Of a stretch of DNA of 24,000 nt, positions 7,604-16,334 are shown piece by piece. Made by a program: the position numbers and the translations under genes. Position 1 is the first letter of the stretch. Each line of letters begins with the position of its first letter. The DNA lies in NCBI RefSeq assembly GCF_003668575.1, contig NZ_RCVZ01000016.1:1-24000 (forward strand), read 5' to 3'. The notes under the pieces were generated by a model. That model saw only the letters and a program-made list of their open reading frames with translations. It was not told the origin of the DNA and made no database searches. Origin of the DNA: Falsibacillus albus. Lineage in GTDB: Bacteria; Bacillota; Bacilli; Bacillales; DSM-25281.

Positions 7604-8005
7604 CTAACGGAGCCACTTGGTTGCTCTTATATCTGTCCCCACACCAGGATTGGAGTCAATCGAAAACTCGTCCATCAATCTTTTTACGCCGGGTAATCCT
7701 GCTCCTAGCCCGCCTGAGGTAGAGAAGCCATCCTCCATTACTTTTCTGATATCATTAATACCGGGGCCGGAATCTACCGCAATGATTTTAAGGCCAGATT
7801 TTCCGTTTTGGTATAACTTTTCAATACAGATTTGCCCTTGCCCGGCATATAAATATATATTTCTGGCTAATTCGCTTATTGCTGTAGTTATCCTCGCCTG
7901 GTCCACTGTGCCAAATCCAAGCTCACGGGCAACATTTCTCCCTAGCTGACGAGCAGCTACAATGTCCCATTCATTTAATATTTTTACGCAGGATTGGACG
8001 TCCAT
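7604..8005 (-). CDS. rsbT: RsbT, stressosome serine kinase and RsbU activator (133 aa)
   Basis: Near-identical blocks to remembered B. subtilis RsbT: EWDIVAARQLGRNVA.ELGFGTVDQARITTAISELARNIYLYAG and MEDGFSTSGGLGAGLPGVKRLMDEF. The start is set at ATG 8005 (MDVQSC...), 4 nt after the rsbS stop, giving 133 aa as in B. subtilis. Confidence 0.93.
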   Translation of the reverse strand: MDVQSCVKILNEWDIVAARQLGRNVARELGFGTVDQARITTAISELARNIYLYAGQGQICIEKLYQNGKSGLKIIAVDSGPGINDIRKVMEDGFSTSGGLGAGLPGVKRLMDEFSIDSNPGVGTDIRATKWLR

Positions 8006-8009
8006 ACCG

Positions 8010-8366
8010 TTAATCCCCCAGTTCCTGTTGTAATTTCTCCAAACCCTTTTCAAGATCTAGCGCGGTCAGGACATCTTCCAGGCCAATCCCTAATTCGATA
8101 AGGGTAATTGCCACTGCAGGCTGGATTCCGGTTATTACCACCTTCGCCCCCATCAGCGTTGACATGTTAATCACATCGCCAAGAACTTTAGCAATGAAGG
8201 AGTCGATAAAATCGATTGACGTAATGTCGATGACAACACCTTTAGCATTCGTTTCATGTATTTTATTTAATAGATCTTCTTGGAACTGAAGTGCCGTCTG
8301 GTCATCCAGTTCCCATTGAATCGATACAAGAAGACAATCATGAAGCTTTAAAATTGGAATTCTCAA
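8010..8366 (-). CDS. rsbS: RsbS, stressosome STAS-domain scaffold/antagonist (118 aa)
   Basis: [31 protein letters not shown] and [35 protein letters not shown] match B. subtilis RsbS. TTG start at 8366 follows GGAGGG. Confidence 0.93.
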   Translation of the reverse strand: MRIPILKLHDCLLVSIQWELDDQTALQFQEDLLNKIHETNAKGVVIDITSIDFIDSFIAKVLGDVINMSTLMGAKVVITGIQPAVAITLIELGIGLEDVLTALDLEKGLEKLQQELGD

Positions 8367-8368
8367 CT

Positions 8369-9193
8369 TTAACCCTCCAACTCTACAATTTTACGATTTG
8401 TCAATTCTAACGCAGCTTCTATTCCTTTTCTCAACGTGCTCGTCGTAATAATTTCATTTAGATTTATCCCAAGATTCACAATGGTCTGGGCAATTTCAGG
8501 ACGAATTCCGACAAGCATGCATTTGGCTCCTACAAGCCTTACTGCACCGGCTGCCTGGATAATATGATGGGCTACCATCGTATCCACCACCGGTACTCCC
8601 GTAATATCTATCAAAACCACTTCTGCCCTGTGTTTAACGACACCGGTCAACAAATTCTCCATAATAAGCTTTGCTCTTTCGGTATCAATCGTACCAACCA
8701 ACGGGAGAACCGAAATTTTTTCCACTACAGGGATTAACGGTGCAGATAGCTCCTGCAGTGCAATCTTTTGAAGAGATACTGTTTTTTCCCATGTTTCTGT
8801 ATAAACACTGACCACTTCGTGATACATTGGCGACATCCATTTATCGAAAGCATCACCGAATTCCATCAGCTTTTCGTCAGGGATGATGCCCGCATTCCTC
8901 ATATCTTCAAATACAATTTTCCCGAAAGTCTGCATCCCTTTTGTGACAAATGTAAGCGGCCAACCAAGACGGATCACCTTAGCGGCAAAGTCTTCAAGCT
9001 TTAGATTGAAATCATCGTCCTTTACCAGATTCGATATCAACAGATCCACAAACTCCCTGCTTGTCCGAGTAAAAACCTGGTCGGAAACGACGCCCACCAA
9101 TCTTTCGTCTGTCTGGCCTTTCATACCATCCATCCAATTCGATAAAATCTCATCTTGGTGTTTGTGGATATAATCTACTAATTCTTGGTACAT
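8369..9193 (-). CDS. rsbR: RsbR (RsbRA-type) stressosome sensor/co-antagonist (274 aa)
   Basis: N-terminal non-haem globin-like sensor domain plus a C-terminal STAS domain with conserved Thr sites ([19 protein letters not shown]). ATG is preceded by AAGGAGGAAC. Confidence 0.9.
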   Translation of the reverse strand: MYQELVDYIHKHQDEILSNWMDGMKGQTDERLVGVVSDQVFTRTSREFVDLLISNLVKDDDFNLKLEDFAAKVIRLGWPLTFVTKGMQTFGKIVFEDMRNAGIIPDEKLMEFGDAFDKWMSPMYHEVVSVYTETWEKTVSLQKIALQELSAPLIPVVEKISVLPLVGTIDTERAKLIMENLLTGVVKHRAEVVLIDITGVPVVDTMVAHHIIQAAGAVRLVGAKCMLVGIRPEIAQTIVNLGINLNEIITTSTLRKGIEAALELTNRKIVELEG

Positions 9194-9308
9194 GTGTTCC
9201 TCCTTATTTTATCACACGGAAATTTGTATGCTTCCCAGCCGGAAAGATGTAAATAAAACGTAAAATAATTACAAAGATGAATTCAGAGAGAACAATTATT
9301 CTCTTCCA

Positions 9309-9337
9309 ATATTATGTTAATCGTATATTCCTTGCAA
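9309..9337 (-). promoter_or_regulatory. Candidate sigma-A promoter of the rsbR-rsbX operon (TTGCAA-N17-TAATAT)
   Basis: Minus strand reads TTGCAAggaatatacgattaacaTAATAT, about 115 nt upstream of the rsbR ATG. Confidence 0.45.
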
Positions 9338-9560
9338 TCAAAACCTTTTTCCATCATTTATTACGGATGACGGTATGTGCTTATTTTATTACACCTATAA
9401 TATTCTGACAAATTATTTTATTAATATTCATGCGATTCACATATGGTTTCACTAATGGCTGATCTGAAAAAATGAATGTAAAAATTAAGCGGGGAACGAT
9501 ATTTTCACGAATGAATCGGAAAACGGCAGGGGGATGCAGAAGGAAATTATAAAATAGGGA

Positions 9561-9592
9561 AAAATAAAAAAACGCCCTTTTGGAGCGTTTTA
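9561..9592 (-). terminator. Rho-independent terminator after mazF/ndoA
   Basis: Minus RNA is AAAACGCUC-CAAAA-GGGCGUUUUUUUAUUUU. The stem is short and GC-rich with A/U extension, followed by a long U tract right after the stop codon. Confidence 0.7.
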
Positions 9593-9593
9593 G

Positions 9594-9944
9594 TTAAAAT
9601 TCAATGAGACCCACACTTATTTGAAGGGCTTCATCAACCTTTTCCATCATCTCATCGTCCAAATGAGTGATCTTGTCTGTTAAGCGCTGCTTATCAATCG
9701 TACGGATCTGTTCAAGCAAGATGACAGAATCCCGCTCAAAACCGTAGCGCTTTGCGTCAATTTCGACATGTGTAGGCAGTTTTGCTTTTTGAATTTGTGC
9801 GGTTATGGCAGCGACAATTACAGTGGGACTAAACCGATTCCCAATATCATTTTGGATGACTAAAACTGGACGAACACCGCCTTGCTCAGATCCAACTACC
9901 GGGGAAAGGTCTGCAAAATACACGTCACCACGTTTAACAATCAA
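9594..9944 (-). CDS. ndoA: MazF-family endoribonuclease toxin EndoA (116 aa)
   Basis: The sequence is almost identical to remembered B. subtilis EndoA/YdcE ([62 protein letters not shown]...). TTG start. Confidence 0.95.
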   Translation of the reverse strand: MIVKRGDVYFADLSPVVGSEQGGVRPVLVIQNDIGNRFSPTVIVAAITAQIQKAKLPTHVEIDAKRYGFERDSVILLEQIRTIDKQRLTDKITHLDDEMMEKVDEALQISVGLIEF

Positions 9945-9948
9945 AGGA

Positions 9949-10230
9949 TTATCCTCCGCTTACTAAACGTTCAACTGTATGTTCTGCCTCGTACTCTGCT
10001 TGAATAGCTTCAGAAGCAATGGCCAAATTGATCTTTGCCATTTCCATATAGCCGCGTCTCATTGACTCGCGAATTTGGCGTTTCTTTCGCTCACGAAGGT
10101 ACATTTTAGTTGCACGATAAATAAATTCATTGCGATTTACATTTTCTTGTTCAGCAAATCCATCTAATTCACTTAAGAGCTGCTGCGGCAATCGTATTAA
10201 AATTTCTGTTGTTGCGCTGGATTCAGACAC
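9949..10230 (-). CDS. ndoAI: MazE-type antitoxin EndoAI, ribbon-helix-helix (93 aa)
   Basis: RHH N-terminus ([15 protein letters not shown]). It ends 4 nt before the toxin start. GTG start is preceded by GGTGGAGGTG-N6. Confidence 0.9.
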   Translation of the reverse strand: MSESSATTEILIRLPQQLLSELDGFAEQENVNRNEFIYRATKMYLRERKKRQIRESMRRGYMEMAKINLAIASEAIQAEYEAEHTVERLVSGG

Positions 10231-10313
10231 AAACTACACCTCCACCATCACTACACACCGTTTCATTCACTACCATAACAATCATACCATCAAACCACTG
10301 CAAAGAAAAGACA

Positions 10314-10342
10314 ATTTAACAATTCTTATCTATTATCGTCAA
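10314..10342 (-). promoter_or_regulatory. Candidate sigma-A promoter for mazE-mazF (TTGACG-N17-TTAAAT)
   Basis: Minus strand reads TTGACGataatagataagaattgTTAAAT, in the 157-bp alr-mazE spacer. Confidence 0.35.
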
Positions 10343-10387
10343 ATAAAACTGATAATTATGCATGTATTTCATCGAATACCATAAAAA

Positions 10388-11557
10388 TCATTTTTTTGAA
10401 GACAAAACCCTATTGGAAACTTCAATCGGCTTGTTGTTCAATACAAAAATTCTTGGCACGCGATTTGAAATCATGCAAGGGATTTCATAATTGATGGTAT
10501 CCAGTTTTTTCGCCAATTCATCAATACCGATTCTTTCTTCCCCTTGTTTTCCGATCAGCGTAACCTTTGTCCCTGCCTTGACTTCATGGGGGAGCCTTAC
10601 CATACATTGATCCATACAAATTCTGCCGACAATCGGTGCGCGCTTCCCTTCAACAAGGACCTCTTGGCTTTGAAGCTTTCTGATCCAACCATCTGCATAT
10701 CCGATCGGGATCGTCCCAATCCACTCTTCTTTTTCCGCGGTATATGTTGCCCCATAGCTCACACTATCGCCTGGATTGATTTTCTTGACGTGAACCAGCC
10801 TGGAGTGTAGGGAAAAGGCCTCCTTCAAAGGGAAAGGCAGTAAACCCTTCATTTCCTCCGATGGGGAAAGTCCATACATCGCAATCCCCAGCCTGACTGC
10901 ATTAAAGCCTTTTTGCGGCTGCCTCAAGGATGCTGCGCTGTTGGCAGAGTGAATATATTTCGGCTTTGATGACAATGATCCCACCATTTCTTCGAAAATT
11001 TTCAATTGCCGGTGATAATACGATTCATCCAGCTCATCAGCTGTCGCGAAATGGGTGAATACCCCTTCGATTTCAAAATTCGGCCGCTTTACCAGCGATT
11101 GCTCGACCTCTTTTAATTCAGGAAGGGTCGAAACACCAATCCGGCCCATGCCCGTGTCACATTTTATATGGACTTTCAGGATGTCATGCCCCTTTAGAAA
11201 CCGCCCCGCTTCTTCTATCCAGCTTTCCTGGAAAACGGTTAAGGAAATATTGTGATCCACCGCCATCCGGACGTCTTGCGGTCTGCTGGCCCCCAGGACA
11301 AGAATGGGTGATTCTATCCCATTCTTCCTCAGCGATAATGCTTCATCAAGGAAAGCCACCGCCAAACCGTGTGCTCCTGCATCCATAGCCGCTTCGGCAA
11401 CCTGCGCGTCGCCATGACCATAGGCATTTGCTTTGACTACGGCAAAGATGGAGATATTCTCCGGCAGCAGCCGCCTCACTGATTTTACATTTTCCATCAC
11501 ATCATCTAAATTCACTTCTACCCATGTATCACGAAAAAATTGAGTATGTGTGTCCAA
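10388..11557 (-). CDS. alr: Alanine racemase (389 aa)
   Basis: PLP-lysine motif [10 protein letters not shown] and C-terminal motifs ([27 protein letters not shown]). TTG start is preceded by AAGGAAGGG. Confidence 0.95.
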   Translation of the reverse strand: MDTHTQFFRDTWVEVNLDDVMENVKSVRRLLPENISIFAVVKANAYGHGDAQVAEAAMDAGAHGLAVAFLDEALSLRKNGIESPILVLGASRPQDVRMAVDHNISLTVFQESWIEEAGRFLKGHDILKVHIKCDTGMGRIGVSTLPELKEVEQSLVKRPNFEIEGVFTHFATADELDESYYHRQLKIFEEMVGSLSSKPKYIHSANSAASLRQPQKGFNAVRLGIAMYGLSPSEEMKGLLPFPLKEAFSLHSRLVHVKKINPGDSVSYGATYTAEKEEWIGTIPIGYADGWIRKLQSQEVLVEGKRAPIVGRICMDQCMVRLPHEVKAGTKVTLIGKQGEERIGIDELAKKLDTINYEIPCMISNRVPRIFVLNNKPIEVSNRVLSSKK

Positions 11558-11600
11558 GAAATTCCCTTCCTTCTAGCCCAGACCAAATCTTTTATATTTG

Positions 11601-11629
11601 ATTATTCAACTCCAGCCGCCACTTGTCAA
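11601..11629 (-). promoter_or_regulatory. Candidate sigma-A promoter of alr (TTGACA-N17-AATAAT)
   Basis: Minus strand reads TTGACAagtggcggctggagttgAATAAT, about 45 nt upstream of the alr start. Confidence 0.45.
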
Positions 11630-11664
11630 ATGAATAATCTAACAATTGGCGCCCCTAGTCTACA

Positions 11665-11703
11665 AAATGACAAAAGGGATCGAGAGGACATGCTCTCGAT
11701 CCC
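11665..11703 (-). terminator. Rho-independent terminator after ydcC
   Basis: Perfect 11-bp stem GGGATCGAGAG/CTCTCGATCCC with loop CATGTC, followed on the minus strand by TTTTGTCATTTT. Confidence 0.85.
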
Positions 11704-11730
11704 TTCTGCGTAAACTACCGGACCAGAAAA

Positions 11731-12744
11731 TTATTTCACCATGTTCCCTTGGACGGAACGTGCTACCTTCATCATCTCATCGGCGGACAGGTCTTTTGAT
11801 GCAAGCATATAGTCCACTCCATTATAGGTCCATCTAACGGAAGCGTCCGTCATCGCACCGATTGTAAAGCCGAGGTCGACGATCTTTCCGCTTGCTTCAG
11901 TGGATACCATGGCAGTTGAGACGACTTTGGCTTTTTCCTCGACGAGCGTGAACGATTTATCCCCGCCGTAAGTCAATACGATCCGCTTTCCTGTGCCTGT
12001 ATCGATGTCTTTTTGTTCAATCAGGCTGACATTTCCAATATCGGCAGTCGGGTATTGCACTTTGAACTCCTTGCCATTTACTGAGGCATCAACCGGAACT
12101 TCAAGCTGTGCTCCCGTCATATTTTTATTTGTATCAAAGGCGTCCTTATCAAAGCTGGCATTGAATTCCACCTTGGAGAACTCAACAGTCACAAGCGGAT
12201 TATGATCCGTATCCATGACTTTTACACTAACCGGTGCCAAATTGCGCTTATTTAATTTGATTTCCTGCGTAGGAAGCATCTTGCTATTCTGATAGCGGGT
12301 TTTTGTTTCAAATACATAATAGTTATCTTTCACACTGAATTTGGCATTTTTGTCTTGAATAATGTCTTTTACAAGGGATTCGTATAAATACGCTTGACTG
12401 CTGTTTTCAGGCCAATCACTTTGGAATTTGAAGCTTTTGTTGAGAGCCGGCGTCAACACATATACCCCATCTTTATTGCGGAGGATCATTTGACTTTGAT
12501 CTCTTTGGGCATTTTTCAAATTCACACGGTAGTAATCAGGTTGATTGTGCCAGACATCGATATTATACGTCTGCGGTTCGTTCCCCATTTGCAGCGTCAT
12601 TTTCGCGTGCGCTTTATAGCCTTTTAAATCACCAAGCTTTTGATTCAAATCCTTGATTACGTCTTCTTGTGTTTTAGTTCCACAAGCAGAAAGTGCTAGG
12701 ATTGCTGAAATGGCAACTATTAGCACCAAAAACGTTCTCTTCAT
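11731..12744 (-). CDS. ydcC: LolA-like lipoprotein, YdcC family (337 aa)
   Basis: Signal peptide with lipobox (MKRTFLVLIVAISAILALSAC|GTK). Position between acpS and alr matches B. subtilis ydcC. The start is set at ATG 12744 (AAAGGGG-N8); the tracked start at 12768 adds 8 residues without an SD. Confidence 0.8.
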   Translation of the reverse strand: MKRTFLVLIVAISAILALSACGTKTQEDVIKDLNQKLGDLKGYKAHAKMTLQMGNEPQTYNIDVWHNQPDYYRVNLKNAQRDQSQMILRNKDGVYVLTPALNKSFKFQSDWPENSSQAYLYESLVKDIIQDKNAKFSVKDNYYVFETKTRYQNSKMLPTQEIKLNKRNLAPVSVKVMDTDHNPLVTVEFSKVEFNASFDKDAFDTNKNMTGAQLEVPVDASVNGKEFKVQYPTADIGNVSLIEQKDIDTGTGKRIVLTYGGDKSFTLVEEKAKVVSTAMVSTEASGKIVDLGFTIGAMTDASVRWTYNGVDYMLASKDLSADEMMKVARSVQGNMVK

Positions 12745-12910
12745 CTTTTCAGCCCCTTTTTGTCTCATTTAAACGTTAAAGAGAGATGATGGAGGGTCTA
12801 AGGTGCCCCCTTTCACCCTTCCCCAGCCTTGTAGATTCCGTTCCATGCTGTTCGGAAAAGGATGCATAAAGTTTCTTTAAACCCACCCTTGTCTCTCCTA
12901 ATGCACTATG

Positions 12911-12939
12911 AATATATGAGACAACCTTTTTAAATATGC
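12911..12939 (-). promoter_or_regulatory. Sigma-E-like sporulation promoter candidate upstream of ydcC
   Basis: Minus strand reads GCATATT-taaaaaggttgtct(14)-CATATATT. The remembered sigma-E consensus is (G/T)(A/C)ATATT-N14-CATACA.T. It lies about 165 nt upstream of the ydcC start. Confidence 0.3.
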
Positions 12940-12986
12940 TTGAGTAGAAAGAGAAAGAGAAAATCTTTTAGCTTGTTTGAACTCCT

Positions 12987-13340
12987 TTATATTTCTTCGA
13001 TGACAACCTGTGCGGCCGCAAAATCCCTGCTATGGGTGATGGACAAGTGGACGCCGCGCCGAAATGGTTTCAGAAAATACGGCTTCCCCATATCATCGGA
13101 GGCAATCTCCATATCCTGTAAGGATAGCTCTTCTCCGATCCCAGTGCCATAGGCCTTTGAAAAAGCTTCTTTCGCAGCAAACCTCCCTGCTAGAAATTCG
13201 ATTTTTCTTCTGCCATGCAGCTCGGAGAAGGTACGCTGTTCATTTATTGTTAATATCCTCTCAGCAAATCGCTCCTGTCTGGAAGCAAGCCGTTGAATTC
13301 TATCGAGTTCGATTAAGTCCATCCCTATTCCTTTAATCAT
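12987..13340 (-). CDS. acpS: Holo-[acyl-carrier-protein] synthase (117 aa)
   Basis: MIKGIGMDLIEL, FAERILT, FLAGRFAAKEAFSKA.GTGIG and AAAQVVIE match AcpS. The start is set at ATG 13340 by homolog length; the tracked extension to 13397 is unsupported. Confidence 0.9.
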   Translation of the reverse strand: MIKGIGMDLIELDRIQRLASRQERFAERILTINEQRTFSELHGRRKIEFLAGRFAAKEAFSKAYGTGIGEELSLQDMEIASDDMGKPYFLKPFRRGVHLSITHSRDFAAAQVVIEEI

Positions 13341-13435
13341 CCCACGTCGCCCTCCTTCTATTTTGAAAAAGTCATGCATATAAACAGTAATGTACAAGTA
13401 TGTAAGGATATTTCATATCACAGAGGTGGACTTCA

Positions 13436-14032
13436 ATGTTTGTCCGTAATGAACGGTTTCAAGATTATGTAAAGCTTTATCCTGTTATAACAACAATCGC
13501 CGCCATCCACACCGTCTTGTTTGCAATTGGCTCTATTCCTTTCTTTCCGCGCCAATGGCTGTTCCACACATTGGCCGGCGTCAACATTTACATTGATCAA
13601 GGTGAGTATTGGAGACTTGTCACGCCCATTTTCATTCATATGGACTTTTCCCATTACATCTTTAATACCATTTCGCTTTTGCTTTTTGGCCCTCCACTGG
13701 AACAGATGCTGGGAAAACGATTGTTCATTGCTCTCTATTTGGTTTGCGGCATTTCCGCAAATCTTTTCACCTTTTTGCTGCTCCCGCTTACGTATATTCA
13801 CGTAGGATCAAGCGGAGCCATTTTCGGCCTGTTCGGCTTTTATTCTGCAATGGTTGCAGCGAGGAAAATCACAGCGAGGCAATCGGTCCAATTGATTCTC
13901 CCCCTTGTCATCATAGCCTTATTCATGACCTTTATACAACCTGGAGTGAATGTGGTCGGTCATATTTTCGGATTGTTAACCGGTCTTGTCATCGGGCTGC
14001 TATCCATGAAAAAATTGCATTCGTTTAAATAG
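13436..14032 (+). CDS. ydcA: Rhomboid-family intramembrane serine protease (198 aa)
   Basis: Multi-TM protein with the rhomboid catalytic motifs GSSGAIFGLFG (GxSG) and VVGHIFGL (His). ATG is preceded by AGAGGTGGA-N5. It is divergent from acpS. Confidence 0.85.
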   Translation: MFVRNERFQDYVKLYPVITTIAAIHTVLFAIGSIPFFPRQWLFHTLAGVNIYIDQGEYWRLVTPIFIHMDFSHYIFNTISLLLFGPPLEQMLGKRLFIALYLVCGISANLFTFLLLPLTYIHVGSSGAIFGLFGFYSAMVAARKITARQSVQLILPLVIIALFMTFIQPGVNVVGHIFGLLTGLVIGLLSMKKLHSFK

Positions 14033-14078
14033 ACTTTTTGGATGAAGGCTCAACAATCTTTACGATAACTGCCTAAAA

Positions 14079-14127
14079 TAAAAAAGTTGAGCAAAAGCGG
14101 CAAACGCTATGACTCAACTTTTTTTAA
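14079..14127. terminator. Bidirectional rho-independent terminator between rhomboid (+) and ydbT (-)
   Basis: AAAAAAGTTGAG...CTCAACTTTTTTT: stem AGTTGAG/CTCAACT with an inner AGCG/CGCT stem and U tracts on both strands. It overlaps the ydbT stop. Confidence 0.75.
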
Positions 14128-15591
14128 TGAAGCCTGCGAGGCAGCAGGGGTGAACCACTCATAAATATGACTCGCGTCTTTTGATTCTATATATTTGACC
14201 GTCACCCTCCTGCCGGCTTCCCCGGATTTGACAGTGGCTTTAATGGTCTCCAGTTCATTCTTTTGCTGAAACCAGCTTTGTTTTGTTTGCATGGACTGAA
14301 TCCGGTTTTTGTTCATGAAAAATGTGTTCTTCCCGATCGACCGGTATTGGAGAGCCAAACGATGCCCATCGATTGCCCACCCTGCTGCCTTGTACTTGGA
14401 CCATGCCAAGACAAATGCAAGAAGGGGAAGTATGCACGCCAGTGATCCCCATGGCCATAAAAACCATGTCAATGCCCCTGCTGCGATCAGTGCCTTCCAT
14501 TCTCCAATAATGACATAACGCAGCAGCGACCTTCTTGGCGGTCGGGCAAATTCAGGCTCCGTTCCGAAATCAGGCAGCAGGTTATTCATGATTTCGGGAA
14601 TCCGCTTTTTCTTGATGATCGGAAGGACCATGACCGCAGCACTTTCTTTTTGAAAAACCGATCCTCCCGCGCTTATCAGGTGCACCGTGGCGAAACCGAA
14701 TGGCTGACGAAGTATATTTTCTGCAACCCGCACAGCTTGAACCCGCTTCATAGGAATCGTGATCTGTTTTCTTTCAACAAGGCCCCTTGTGATGATGATA
14801 TCATCGTTATCCTTTCTTACTGTAAAATTGCCGTACTTCAACATTGTAATAAAAATCGAAATGAGCCACACAAGGAAAAAGCCAATAAATATCGCAGCTG
14901 AAATGAGAATGATGCTGTTATGGACAAGCTTTCCCATTTCGTCGAAAATCTCCTGATAAGGAATGTATTCATCAAACTGTGTCCATAAAGCAAAGACCCC
15001 CGAAAGGACAACGCCAATCCCCCCTGATGTCGTAGCCATCAACAATAATTCCCTCGGAGCAACTTTATAAATAAACGCCTCAGCTGATGTTTTCTGATCA
15101 TCTTCCAATGAGCTCTCAAGTATCATCGATTGTGACTTCTTAGAATTTCGTATGGTTTGCTCGAGCCATTCGGCATCATGCTTATAAATGGCAGTCAACT
15201 CTGCTTCGGATTTACGGTTGTCCGTTGAACCCGCAGTTTCCACTTCGACCCTGGTTAATCCAAACGGCCTGTGCAGGATAGACTGGGAAAAATGAAAGCT
15301 TTGAATCCGATCAAAAGGAATGAACCTTTTCTTTTTCACAAAAAGCCCATATTCAATCCTTAATTCGCCATCTTCCAAGCGGTAAGTGAATCTCCTCCAT
15401 TTGATGATCCCTGCAGCCAATGCAAAGACAATCGATATGACAGTGATACCCATCGGGAAGTAGTCCCAATAAGATTGAATTCCATTGGAGCCCACCAATA
15501 AAACAAGGAGAGGAAATATCATCCCCTTTAATTGTTTAAGGAAATTCCAAATAGCTGCAATGGGATGCAGCCGTTTACGCTCAGACATCAT
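14107..15591 (-). CDS. ydbT: YdbT-family membrane protein with three bPH (bacterial PH-like) repeats (494 aa)
   Basis: KRLHP start, repeated pattern of a TM hairpin followed by a bPH module (WRRFTYRLEDGELRIEYGL; NFTVRKDNDDIIITRGL...IPMKRVQAV). Colinear with remembered B. subtilis YdbT. Its start overlaps the ydbS 3' end. Confidence 0.88.
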   Translation of the reverse strand: MMSERKRLHPIAAIWNFLKQLKGMIFPLLVLLVGSNGIQSYWDYFPMGITVISIVFALAAGIIKWRRFTYRLEDGELRIEYGLFVKKKRFIPFDRIQSFHFSQSILHRPFGLTRVEVETAGSTDNRKSEAELTAIYKHDAEWLEQTIRNSKKSQSMILESSLEDDQKTSAEAFIYKVAPRELLLMATTSGGIGVVLSGVFALWTQFDEYIPYQEIFDEMGKLVHNSIILISAAIFIGFFLVWLISIFITMLKYGNFTVRKDNDDIIITRGLVERKQITIPMKRVQAVRVAENILRQPFGFATVHLISAGGSVFQKESAAVMVLPIIKKKRIPEIMNNLLPDFGTEPEFARPPRRSLLRYVIIGEWKALIAAGALTWFLWPWGSLACILPLLAFVLAWSKYKAAGWAIDGHRLALQYRSIGKNTFFMNKNRIQSMQTKQSWFQQKNELETIKATVKSGEAGRRVTVKYIESKDASHIYEWFTPAASQASLKKVES

Positions 15592-16063
15592 CTTCAGCCA
15601 CCCTTGCCAACCGGGAAATCGATGCTCTCAAATCGTCGGCCTCGACCGTCTCTATTGCAGGGATATGATGAATCGTGGCAGCGGTTGAGATCGTGATCGT
15701 CGATAAATGATATTTTCTCAGCAACGGCCCCTGTACTGTATCCACATGCTGGACACGGACCATCGGAACTAACGTCCTTTTAATAAAAACCATGCCATGC
15801 TGCAGCTCGATTTCCTGATCCCTGACTTCATAGCGCCACCTTTTCCACTTTATATAAGGAAAAAGGAAGCCAAATATATAGCAGCAGACTATCACCAATG
15901 CAGCCCCAGCAGCTATTGGCCATTTCGGCCAGTCAAATTTGATCGTTGCCGCTATGCCTGCGATGAATATGATCAAACATATGAGTGAATATATCATACC
16001 TTCCATACGCCAAACCGTAAGCGCCTTTGGCGACACCCGATTGCTCGGCTCGCTTCCCCTCAT
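15581..16063 (-). CDS. ydbS: YdbS-family membrane protein, single bPH domain (160 aa)
   Basis: VWRYE, PMVRVQHVDT.QGPLL.KY.L.T..ISTAA..H.IPA and SISRLARV..DDV match B. subtilis YdbS. The start is set at ATG 16063 (GGAGGT-N6). The tracked ORF extension to 16243 runs through a repeat element and is rejected. Confidence 0.88.
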   Translation of the reverse strand: MRGSEPSNRVSPKALTVWRMEGMIYSLICLIIFIAGIAATIKFDWPKWPIAAGAALVIVCCYIFGFLFPYIKWKRWRYEVRDQEIELQHGMVFIKRTLVPMVRVQHVDTVQGPLLRKYHLSTITISTAATIHHIPAIETVEADDLRASISRLARVAEDDV

Positions 16064-16174
16064 GATATTACCTCCGATTCTCCTATTGCTTTCTATACTT
16101 CTATCTACGTGAAAAATGAAGGAAGGTTTCGTTCGCCGCTCACTTTTTTTGATACAGTAATTTATCCTTTTATA

Positions 16175-16235
16175 TTGATTGGAGCGGAAGGTGCGAGACT
16201 CCGGAGGCTCACTGCCCGTCCCTTGGAAATTAACC
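16175..16235 (+). repeat. Short (61-bp) copy of a GC-rich intergenic repeat family; second copy at 23630-23811
   Basis: TTGATTGGAGCGGAAGGTGCGAGACTCCGGAGG matches 23630-23662 at 30 of 33 positions. The 3' end GGAAATTAACC matches GGAAATTGACC at 23801-23811. It is GC-rich in AT-rich intergenic DNA. Confidence 0.75.
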
Positions 16236-16334
16236 GCATACAACCATAGATAAATAACAACATACTAAACGAATAGAGCCTTTTAATTTGATTAACCACA
16301 GCATCCTTGAATAACCCATACTTGTTGAAACGGT

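Noticed and set aside
9594-10230. mazEF pair as a candidate novel toxin-antitoxin or defence system
   Set aside because: It is the canonical, near-identical ortholog of B. subtilis EndoAI/EndoA in its usual position upstream of rsbR.
12790-12830. Possible G-quadruplex in the ydcC leader (GGGG, GGG, GGGGG runs on the minus strand)
   Set aside because: There are only three closely spaced G3+ runs, and a fourth is about 60 nt away. This is not a canonical G4 motif.
13433-13801. 122-aa minus-strand ORF, with plus-strand frames 13521-13805 and 13744-14028
   Set aside because: They overlap the rhomboid gene in other frames or on the other strand. Only the 13436-14032 frame has the rhomboid catalytic motifs and TM pattern.
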